Assembly (NCBI GenBank): GCA_964291495.2
Contig: OZ219872.1
Location: 224,001 to 288,000 of the forward strand
DNA: 64,000 bases
Direction of reading: 5' to 3'
From: Dehalococcoidia bacterium
GTDB taxonomy: Bacteria; Chloroflexota; Dehalococcoidia; UBA2979
Each line of letters starts with the position of its first letter. Within the stretch, counting starts at the first letter, position 1. A program made the translations under genes and the position numbers. Under the pieces are notes generated by a model that saw only the letters and a program-made list of their open reading frames with translations, had not been told where the DNA came from and searched no databases. Positions 37,586-47,100 of this stretch are shown here, piece by piece.

Positions 37586-39988
37586 ATGGCCCAATCAGGC
37601 GAGCGGGACAGCGACGTAGCCGAGCTGCGGGAACGCCTCTCGCGGCTGAGCGACGCCAGCCGGCGCATCAACGAGAGCCTCGACTTCGACACGGTGTTGC
37701 AGGAGGTCCTGGATTCGGCGCGGTCCCTGACCGGAGGCCGCTACGGGGTGATGACCCTGACCGGGGACTCGGGACAGATCGAGGACTTCCTCTCGTCCGG
37801 GATGACCGGAGAGGAAACGGAGCGGCTCTGGCAACTTCCACAGGGGCCGCAGTTCATCGGCTACCTGGGGAGCATCCCCGAACCGCTGAGAGTCCGCGAC
37901 CTGGTCGGCCACTTCAGGTCGGTGGGACTCCCCGCGTTCGACCCGCCACTGCCGGTCAGGCCCGAGGTGCCCTTCCTGGCAGCGCGGATCGTTCAGCAGG
38001 GCGCGCACGTCGGAAACATCTTCGTCTTCGACACGGACGACGGCGCTGAGTTCAGCCGCGAGGACGAGGAAACGCTGGTCATGTTCGCCTCGCACGCGGC
38101 GATGGTCATCGGCAACGCCCGGACGTACCGGGACGAGCGGCGAGCCAGGACGGACCTGGAGACCCTGGTCAACACCTCTCCGGTGGGCGTGGTGGTCTTC
38201 GACGTGAAGACAGGCGCTCCAGTGTTGCGCAACCGCGAGATGGAGCGATTGGTCGATCACCTGAGGGAACCTGACCAGCCGCCGGAGCAGCTCCTTGACG
38301 TCCTGACCTTCGTGCGTGGGGACGGGAGGGAGATCTCCCTCAAGGAGCTCCCTATTGCCGAGCTCCTGCGCATTCACGAGGTGATCCGCGTCGAGGAGAT
38401 CACCCTGCGGGCCCCCAACGGCCGCAGCGTCAGCGCACTGCTCAACGCGACACCCATCCTCTCGGACGACGGCGAGATCGAGACGTTCGTCGTGACTCTG
38501 CAGGACATGACGCCGCTGGAGGAGCTGGAGCGGCTCCGCGCGGAGTTCCTGGGCATGGTGAGCCACGAGCTGCGGGCCCCGCTGACCTCCATCAAGGGCT
38601 CCGTCACGACGCTGCTGGAAGCCGCGTCGGAGCTGGACCCCGCGGAGATGACGCAGTTCTTCCGGATCATCCGCGACCAGTCGGACCAGATGCGCTACCT
38701 GATCGGTGACCTGCTCGACGTGGCCCGCATCGAGACGGGCACGCTCTCGGTGGAGCCGGAGCGCTCCGATGTGTCCTCGATCGTCGACGAGGCGACGAGC
38801 AGGTTCCCGAGCACAGGCAGCAGGGCCGAACTCCGGATAGACCTCGATCCGGACCTCCCCGCCGTCATGGCCGACAGGCGGAGGACCGTGCAGTTGCTGA
38901 TCAACCTGCTCTCCAACGCAGCCAGGTACTCGCCGGAAGAGTCATCGATCCTGGTGAACGTGGCGCGGGCGGGTGTCGATGTCGCGATCTCCGTCGCCGA
39001 CGAGGGTCGAGGCATCCCCGAGGACCTCCTGCCACACCTCTTCCGAAAGTTCTCGCGCCCCACGGGTGTGAGCCAGGGGAGTGGGTTCGGGGGGTCGGGC
39101 CTGGGACTCGCGATCTGCAAGGGGATCGTCGAGGCGCAAGGGGGGCGGATCTGGGCAGAGAGCGACGGACCGGGCCTGGGAGCGCGGTTCACGTTCACGC
39201 TTCCGGCTGCGGCGGACGAGGGCCTCGGCAGCGGGACGAGTCCCGCCGCGGTCTCGGGAGGGCTGCAGGGGGCGCCGACGCCACCGATGCGGGTACTCGT
39301 CGTGGACGACGACCCGCAAACGCTCAGGTACGTTCGCGACGCCCTCACCAAGGCCGGGTATGCCCCCATCGTCACCGGCGACCCCGAGGACGTACTGCGC
39401 CTGATCAAGGAGGAGCGCCCCCACCTGGTGCTCCTCGATCTGGTGCTGCCGGGTCGCGACGGCATCGAGCTGATGCGGGACATCCTGAAGGTGCGGGACG
39501 TGCCCGTCATCTTCATCTCCGTTTACGGCCAGGACGAGGTCGTCGCCAAGGCGCTGGACACGGGCGCGGCGGACTACCTCGTGAAGCCCTTCTCGCCGAC
39601 GGAACTTGCCGCGCGGATCCGGGCGGCGCTCCGCAAGCGAATCGAACCCCAGGGCCCCGAGCCGTCCGGCCCCTACGCCGCCGGCGAGTTAAGCATCGAC
39701 TACGCGACACGCCGGGTGACGTTGAGAGGGCAGCCGCTTGAGCTGACGGCCACGGAGTACGCGCTGCTCTATGAACTCTCGGTCAACGCACACCGCGTGC
39801 TCACCCACAATCTGCTCCTGCAGAGGGTCTGGGGCCCGGAACGGGTCGGCGAACCGTGGCTGGTCCGCGACGTGGTGAAGCGGCTGCGCCGCAAGCTCGG
39901 CGACGACGCGCGCAACCCGAGCTACATCTTCACCGAGCCCCGCGTGGGCTACTGCATGGCCGGGGGCGCGGCGCCGGTTTCGGCGTGA
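37586..39988 (+). CDS. Cytoplasmic hybrid sensor kinase/response regulator: GAF-PAS-HisKA-HATPase-REC-OmpR-type wHTH
   Basis: SHELRAPL H-box, NLLSNA, DEGRG, GLGL, VVDDD..D..KPF, and LTATEY...RLRRKL..YI.T..RVGY motifs; no TM segment. Confidence 0.92.
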   Translation: MAQSGERDSDVAELRERLSRLSDASRRINESLDFDTVLQEVLDSARSLTGGRYGVMTLTGDSGQIEDFLSSGMTGEETERLWQLPQGPQFIGYLGSIPEPLRVRDLVGHFRSVGLPAFDPPLPVRPEVPFLAARIVQQGAHVGNIFVFDTDDGAEFSREDEETLVMFASHAAMVIGNARTYRDERRARTDLETLVNTSPVGVVVFDVKTGAPVLRNREMERLVDHLREPDQPPEQLLDVLTFVRGDGREISLKELPIAELLRIHEVIRVEEITLRAPNGRSVSALLNATPILSDDGEIETFVVTLQDMTPLEELERLRAEFLGMVSHELRAPLTSIKGSVTTLLEAASELDPAEMTQFFRIIRDQSDQMRYLIGDLLDVARIETGTLSVEPERSDVSSIVDEATSRFPSTGSRAELRIDLDPDLPAVMADRRRTVQLLINLLSNAARYSPEESSILVNVARAGVDVAISVADEGRGIPEDLLPHLFRKFSRPTGVSQGSGFGGSGLGLAICKGIVEAQGGRIWAESDGPGLGARFTFTLPAAADEGLGSGTSPAAVSGGLQGAPTPPMRVLVVDDDPQTLRYVRDALTKAGYAPIVTGDPEDVLRLIKEERPHLVLLDLVLPGRDGIELMRDILKVRDVPVIFISVYGQDEVVAKALDTGAADYLVKPFSPTELAARIRAALRKRIEPQGPEPSGPYAAGELSIDYATRRVTLRGQPLELTATEYALLYELSVNAHRVLTHNLLLQRVWGPERVGEPWLVRDVVKRLRRKLGDDARNPSYIFTEPRVGYCMAGGAAPVSA

Positions 39989-40021
39989 CGGCCAGGACCG
40001 CTCGGCGTCAGCTCATGCTCG

Positions 40022-40477
40022 TCAGGCAGTGAGGTCCTGAGCCACGTAGATCGCGACACCCGGCTCGTCGTTCAGAGATCCGGCACGCTCCGAGATCACG
40101 TGGACGAACAGCGTCTTGAACGAGGAGTCGTCGGCGAAGCCAAGACCTTCGGCTACGGCGTCAATGATCGGTTTGGCGAGGCTGTCGATGTCTCGCCCCC
40201 GGGCTTCCGGTTGGAGGTTGAGGGCGAGGGACAGACTCCAGTGGCCCCACGGTGATCGCGGACCGGGCGGCACGGCGGCGTCGAGCGCATCGCGCTCCGC
40301 CCTCACCGCATCCGCGACCTCGCGCTTCCACCGCGCTTCGTCCCGGTGCCCCTGCGGGTGGATGCCGTCCGCGTTGCTGACGTAGACCGACAGCGGCCAC
40401 CTGTAGGTGGGCCTGAAGACGGTCGGCACGTCCCAGCGGCCAATCCGTTGTTGTCGAATCTCAATTCGGCTCGGCAT
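40022..40477 (-). CDS. RusA-like nuclease fold protein
   Basis: RDIDSLAKPIIDAV...ADDS matches the RusA D-x-D-N-x2-K-x3-D...DD arrangement. Confidence 0.55.
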   Translation of the reverse strand: MPSRIEIRQQRIGRWDVPTVFRPTYRWPLSVYVSNADGIHPQGHRDEARWKREVADAVRAERDALDAAVPPGPRSPWGHWSLSLALNLQPEARGRDIDSLAKPIIDAVAEGLGFADDSSFKTLFVHVISERAGSLNDEPGVAIYVAQDLTA

Positions 40478-40626
40478 CGGCTACCCTCGGCTTCACTGAA
40501 TCAAGCCGCCCCGAGCGTCGCCGGCGTCGGGCTGCGCCGCGAACGATCGCGTCAACACCGGCACGTACTGCGGCACATTCGGCTCCGGGGGTGAGGTGCG
40601 GAGGAACGCCGACCACCTCGCCGTTC

Positions 40627-40725
40627 TCATCGGCCACGACCGAGGCCATAGCCGGCCAGCAAGGCAACGACGGCGACGATCGCAAGGAGCGCTACCCACA
40701 CCTCGATCGTCGCCCACTCAGCCAT
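40627..40725 (-). CDS. Putative small single-pass membrane peptide
   Basis: MAEWATIEVWVALLAIVAVVALLAGYGLGRGR*: hydrophobic stretch with a basic tail; may be a truncated gene. Confidence 0.3.
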   Translation of the reverse strand: MAEWATIEVWVALLAIVAVVALLAGYGLGRGR

Positions 40726-40896
40726 GCGGGCCCCCCGAGGCCGGCGCTGCCGCCAGAGTAGAAGCGCAGTCAGAACACGAACCCCGGACCGCCTTTGCGG
40801 GAGTAGTCTCTGCCACCGTCTGCAAATCCAATCCCGCAAGGCGCGTGTGCGCGCGGAGATGGTACTGGACGTAGGTGGCACAGACGAGACTGATTC

Positions 40897-40946
40897 GTAT
40901 GACAGGCGCGTAGATCAGGCCGCGTTCTGTATGAATCTCTGTATGG
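40897..40946. promoter_or_regulatory. GTATGA-N26-GTATGA-N6-GTATG motif, copy 2
   Basis: Boxes at 40897, 40929 and 40941. Confidence 0.55.
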
Positions 40947-40973
40947 CCCATCAGGCGGCGGGGCTCAGTTCGT

Positions 40974-41008
40974 GGCCACTGAGGACGAGGCTCACGTCCT
41001 CAGCGGCC
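40974..41008 (-). terminator. 14-bp stem-loop downstream of the giant surface protein gene
   Basis: Minus-strand RNA GGCCGCUGAGGACG-7nt-CGUCCUCAGUGGCC (one G-U pair); no U-tract. Confidence 0.45.
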
Positions 41009-41149
41009 GGCGAATCGTCACGGTGACGCCCTGCCCGGGCCCCTCGCTCGCTGCTTCGATCGTGCCGCCGTTACCCGGCCGGGAGCGATGTCCACGGGAG
41101 CGGTCGGGCCAAGGATCATCCGGGCGCCCCCGTGGACCATGCTCGCTTC

Positions 41150-44100
41150 TCATCGCGCGTGGGACCTTCGATTGTGACGGAGGCGCGAAGCACCGAGCCT
41201 GATCGAGCCTCGAGATACCGAGTCCACCCGCGAGGGGAACGGGTCCACGGTCCTCGTGCCCAGGTTCTCCTCATCGGCTCGCTCCTTGCGACGCCTCCGA
41301 GCGGGGACGAGCAAGGGGATGAGGTACGCGGTGCCCAGGCCAAGTGGCTTCGTGAGGCCGCCGAGGAGCGCGTGCAGGCCGGCGAGCAGTGCGGCCAGGA
41401 GCAGAGCGCCGGCGCCGGCCGCAGCTGCCCTCGTCCGGCCTACCTGCTCAAGGCGGGCAAGCAGTCCCCCGCGCGGGGTGGACAGCGCGCCCTCCGCCAC
41501 GGTCCTCGGAGCTGCCGGCGCATTCGCGCCCACGGCTGATCCCACTGCCGCAGCAGGTTGCCCGGCTTCATCCCCGCCGCTCGGCGCCGGCTCGCCGTCG
41601 GGGTCCGGTGTGGTGGGCGCACCGGGCCCGTCCGGCCCCGGCGCCGTACGGGGCCCGCCGGGGCCCGGCGCGACCGGCCCACCCGGCCCAAGCGGCGTGT
41701 CCGGTCCACCTGGTGTCCCCGGCGGCGTGGGGGTGGTCGGCCCCGGCAGGGTTGGATCCTCGGGCGAGGTGGGCTCGGGAGGCTCCTCACCACCCGGCGG
41801 CGTGGGCGTGGTCGGCCCCGGCGGGGTCGAATCCTCCGGCGGCGTGGGATCCCCAGGCGGGGTGGGCCCGGGGGGCTCCTGACCACCCGGCAGAGTGCGG
41901 CCGGCCGTGGAGCCCTCACCGTCGTCCGACCACGGGCTCACGCCCTCGTCGTTCCGGGCGCGGACCCGCACGTGGTACGCCGTGTCCGCGTGCAGTCCCG
42001 TGATCGTGGTACTCGTGCGCGAGGCGTCGAGGCTCCACTCCGTCCAGTCGGCTCCGTCCGCCTCCCTGTACGCGATGTCGTACGACGTGAGCGGCGGCTT
42101 ACCCGTCATGTCCGGCTCGACCCACGTCACGTCCAGCTCGGACGCCGGGGAGGCCGAAGACAGGACGACCGCTGGCGCGTCCGGCCGGGGTGGCGCCTCG
42201 TCGATGTCGGTGACCCGAATCGTGACCGTCACCGTGACGTCGCTGGAGGCGCCGCCCGCGACGGTCACGGTCACCGAGAACGACTGCGTGGACTCGTGGT
42301 CCAGCACCGCGCCGCTGGCCACGCGGATCTGGCCGGTGGCCGAATCGATCGTGAGGTCGCCGGAGCCCGCGAGCGAGTAGGTCAGCGCTGTGCCATCCGG
42401 AGCAGGCACGTCGATCGGCGCGCCGACGGCTGTGCCGGCCGGTGCGTTCTCGGCCACGGCGCGGACGGCGCTGAGAGGGCCGGGGGCGTCGCCCTCGTTC
42501 TCCGCGTCGGTCGAGCCCGTCCCGGAGTCGGACCAGGCGCTTGTGCCCTCGTCATTGGACGCGGCCACCTGCACCTCGTACGTAGCGCCGGGCTCGAGGT
42601 CCGGAATGGTGGCGGAGGTCGCGGTGCCCGTGACGGCGTGCGCCGACCACGCCTGTTCGCCGTGCTCGCGGTAACGCAGGTCGTAGCCGGTGAGGGCGGG
42701 CCCGGTACTGGCGGGAGCCGTCCAGCTCACGTCGAGCGCGGTCTGAGGCGCGTCGGGCGACGGGCTCACCGCCGGCGCATCGGGCCTGGCCGGCGGCTCG
42801 TCCACGTCGGTCACGGTGATGGTCACGTCGGCGGTTGCGTTGGCCGCGCCGTCCGTGACGTTGACGGTGACCGTGTGCGACTGCGTGGACTCGTAGTCCA
42901 GCACCGCGCCCGTAGCCACGCGGATCTGGCCGCTGGCCGAGTCGATGGTGAACGCGCCGGAGCCTGACAGCGAGTAGGTCAGAGGGTCGCCGTTCCCGCC
43001 CCGTGCGGCGACCGGCGCGCCGACGGGCGTGGCTCCCGGAGCGTTCTCGGCCACCTCGCGGCTGGCGGGATCGAGCTCCAGCGCCGGGGTCGGCGGGGTC
43101 GGAGGCGTCGGCGACAGGACAAGCTCTTGCACGTCGGTCACGGTGATGGTCACGGTGATCAGGGCGTTGACGATGTGACCGTCGGGGAGGTCGTCCACCG
43201 TGTGGGTCGCCCGCACCGTCAGCTCGTGGCTGTGCGCCGTCTCGTAGTCCAGGTGGGCGCCCGGCGCGACCCGGATCTGGCCGGTGACCGGATCGATGAC
43301 GAAGTGGCTCGTCTGTTGCAGGGAGCGCCCACTGTTCCCCGACGCTCCGGAGATGTCCGCCACTACGGTGTAGGTGAGGGTGTGGCCGTCCGGGTCGGTT
43401 GCCGTCACCGGATCGCCGACCGGGGCGCCCGGCTGCGCGTCCTCGGGCACCTCGCGCTCTGCGTCGAGCTGGACGGGGCCGGTCACGCCCGTACCGCTCA
43501 CCGACCAGTCACTCTCGCCCTCGGCGTTGATGGCCAGCACCTGGACCTTGTAGATGGTGGCCGCCTCGAGGCTCTCGATGGTGGTCTTGGTGGCCGTGCC
43601 GCTGACGGTGTGCTCCGTCCACTCCGTCGGACCCGCGGTGCGGTAGCGCACGCGGTAGCCGGTGATCGCCGAGCCGAGGTCGTCCGGCGCCGTCCAGCTC
43701 ACGTCGAGCGAGGTCGCGGGTGCGTCCGCGCCAGCCTCGGCGCTCGGCGCGGCGGGCGTCTCCGGCCCGGTTACGTTCGTCACGTTCACGGTGAGGCTCG
43801 CGGTGGCCTGCTGACCCTGCACGGTCCATGTGACCGTGCCGGAGTAGGAAGTCTTCGTCTCGTAGTCGAGGCTGGCGCCCTGCTTCACGCTGATCTGGCC
43901 CGTGGCCGAGTCGATCTCGAAGGCGCCCGAGGTCGCTGCCTCGCCGCTCAGCGTGTAGCTCAGTGTCCCGGTCCCGTGAGGCGTGCCTGCCACCGCGTCG
44001 CCCGCCGCCGTGCCGGCGGCGGAGTTCTCCGCGATCGACCGGATCACGCTCGCCGTGCCCGTGATCGTCACGGTGCGGGCCAGGTACCCGCCGTACGCGT

Positions 44101-47100
44101 CGCTGGCGGCGTAGGTGACCGCCGCCGCCGCGGGATTGAGAACGGTGACACGCAGGGTGTCCGAATCGCTACCGGTGATGGCGGTGGTGAGCACGCCGGG
44201 ATAGGCCGCCGAGGCCGAGTAGGTCAGCGTGTCACCGTCGGCGTCCTCGAACTTGTCGCTCACGTCGTAGTCGGCGGAGCTCTTCCAGGCGAGCGTGGCG
44301 GCGCTCAGCGACAGCGCGCTGGCGGCTGGTGGCCGGTTGGCCTGCCTGGAGCCGGTGTCGGACCACGGCCCCACGCCTTCCTCGCTGCTCACGGCGCGCA
44401 CCTGTACCTCGTAGGTCGCGCCGGCTTCGAGGTTCGGGAGGTTCACGGTGAGCGTCGACGCCGATAGCACCGTGGTCTCGACGTCGTTGGAGTCGGTGTA
44501 GGTGTAGGCCGTCCACTCCGCGGGGTCTTCACCCGCCGCGACCTGCTTGCGGTACTGGGCCTCGTAGCCGGTGACGGTCGTGCCGTTCGCCTCGGCGGCC
44601 GTCCAGGTCACGTCGAGCGCCGGGTTGGACGGCTCGCTGAACGTCGTGCGGGTCAGCGTCGGCGCGCTGGCAATGACGGCGTTGGTGTCCGACACGTTGA
44701 TCGTGAGGTTCGCGACGGCTGCCTGGCCCTGCACGGTCCAGTGCACCTTGCCCGTGTACGAGCTCTTCGTCTCGCGATCCAGGGTGGCGCCCTGCTTCAC
44801 GCTGATCTGGCCCGTGGCCGAGTCGATGACGAAGGCGCCCGAGGTCGCAGCCTCGCCGCTCAGCGTGTAGCTCAGCGTCTCGGTCCCGTGAGGCGTCCCT
44901 GTGACCGGGTCGCCCACCGCCGTGCCCGCGGCGGCGTTCTCGAGGACGGACCGGGTCACGCTCCTCGCGCCGGTGATCTCGACGGTCAGGGAGGCGTACC
45001 CGCCGTACCCGTCGGAGACGCCGTAGGTGACCGTCGACGCGGCGGGGTTGATGACGGTCACCGTCAGCGTGTCCGCATCGCCGCCCGTGATCGCGGCGGT
45101 GAGCACGCCGGGGTACTCCGAGGAGGCCGAGTAGGTGAGCGTGTCGCCGTCGGCGTCGGAGAACTTGTCGCCGATGTCGTAGTCCGTGGACTGGTTCCAG
45201 GCGGCGGTGGCGGCGGCCAGGGGCGACGTGCCCGCCGTCGGCGGTCGGTTGGCCGTGCCCTCCCCGATGTCCGACCACGGCCCTTCCCCTTCCTCGCTGG
45301 TCAGCGCCCTCACCTGCACCTCGTAGGTCGCGCCGGCCTCGAGGTCGGGGAGGGTGATGCTGGTCGTGGTGGCGGGCAGCTCGGTGGTCTGCTGGTCGTT
45401 GGCGTCGGTGATCGTGTAGTCGGTCCAGTCGTTGGCGGTGTCGCCCTCGGCGACCTTCTTGCGGTACTGGGCGTTGTAGCCGCTGATGGTCAGGCCGTTG
45501 GCCTCGGGGGCGGCCCACGCCACATCAAGCGCCGGGGTCGACTGTTGGCTGAACTCCGTGCGGGTCAGCGTCGGCGCGTCCGGCTTACCGGCCTCGACGT
45601 CCGTCACGTTGATGGTGAGGTCCGCGGTAGCGGTCTGCCCCTGCACCGTCCATGTCACCGATCCGGTGTAGGAGTTCTTCGTCTCGTAGTCCAGGTTGGC
45701 GTCTTCCTGGATGCTGATCTGGCCGGTGGCGGAGTCGATGACGAAAGCCCCGGAGGTCGCCGCCTCGCCGGTGAGCGTGTAGGTCAGCGCATCGTCGGTC
45801 TCATCGTCGCCGTCGTCGTAGGGCGTCCCGGTTACCGGATCCCCCACCGCCGTGCCGGCGGCGGAGTTCTCGGCGATGTCTCGCGTTTCAGCTTGCTTGC
45901 CCGTCCACGAGAACTTCCGGTGTGTATAGCCGCCGTACCCGTCATGCACCCCATAGGTGAGTTCCAGGGTGCCCGGGTTGTAGAAGAGGAATGTCCACCG
46001 CAGAGTCGGCTCATCCGCCAGGAATGGGTACTCCGCAGGTCTCTCCTTCCATTGGAATTCCCCCACGTCCCCGATGCCGGGGTACTGGGACGAGACCGCC
46101 CAACTGAGCGAATCCCCATCCGGGTCCGCGAAATAGATTTCGATCGGCCAGCCGACCCAGAGTTCTCCGACCGGCTGGTTGTTATTCACCAAGTAGTAAT
46201 AGGTCGTGCCGCCGTGATGAACTGCATGATGCGGCGGCCGGTTGGCCCGTCCTTCTCCGATGTCCGACCAGGGGCCGGGGCCCTCCTTGCTCGTGAGGGC
46301 GCGTACCTGTGCCTCGTAGACCTTCCCCGCCGCCAGGTCCGGCAGGTTGAAGCTGGTCGTCGTAGCGGGGAGGGTCTTCGTCGGGTTCCCGTCGGAGCCT
46401 TCGACGGTGTAGTCCGCCCAGGTGTGGGCCGTCTCGCCCTCGGCGACCTTCACGCGGTACCGGGCCTCATAGCCGGTGATGGTCGTGCTGTTGGCGTCGG
46501 GCGCCGTCCAGGTGACGTCCAGTGCCGGGTCGCTCTCCTCTTCGAACCGCGTGCGCGAGACCGTCGGCGTGACAGGCTTCCCCGCCTCGAGGTCCACAAC
46601 GTTGATGGTGACCTCGGCCTCGGCCTCCCGGCCCTGCACGCTCCACGTCACGCTTCCGTGGTAGGACGCCGTGGTCTCGTAGTCCAGGGTCGCGCCCTGC
46701 TTCACGCTGATCTGCCCGCTGCTCGAGTCGATGACGAATGCGCTCGTCGCGGCGCCCGTCAGCGTGTAGCTGAACGTCTCGTTCGCGTAGGGGGTCCCGG
46801 TGACCGGATCGCCCACCGCGGCGCCTGCGGGAGAGTTCTCGTTGATGTCGCGAGTCAACTCGCTCCCGGTCAACCGGGTCGCGACACCTGCGACGTCGAG
46901 GTTCGTGGAGACGTAGCCGCCGTACCCGTCGCTGACCCCGTAGGTGACGGTGGTCGTGGCCGGGTTGAGGACTTCCATCTTCAGGTTGGTGGGATCACTG
47001 CCCTCGATCGAGACCCCGAGCACGCCGGCGTGCGCCGCGGAGGCCGAGTAGGTGAGTGTGTCGCTGTCGTCATCGAGGAAGTCGCCGCTGATCGCTCGAA

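Noticed and set aside
35552-41000. Prophage at tRNA-Gln
   Set aside because: Only a RusA-like gene; no integrase, structural or replication genes and no att repeat seen.
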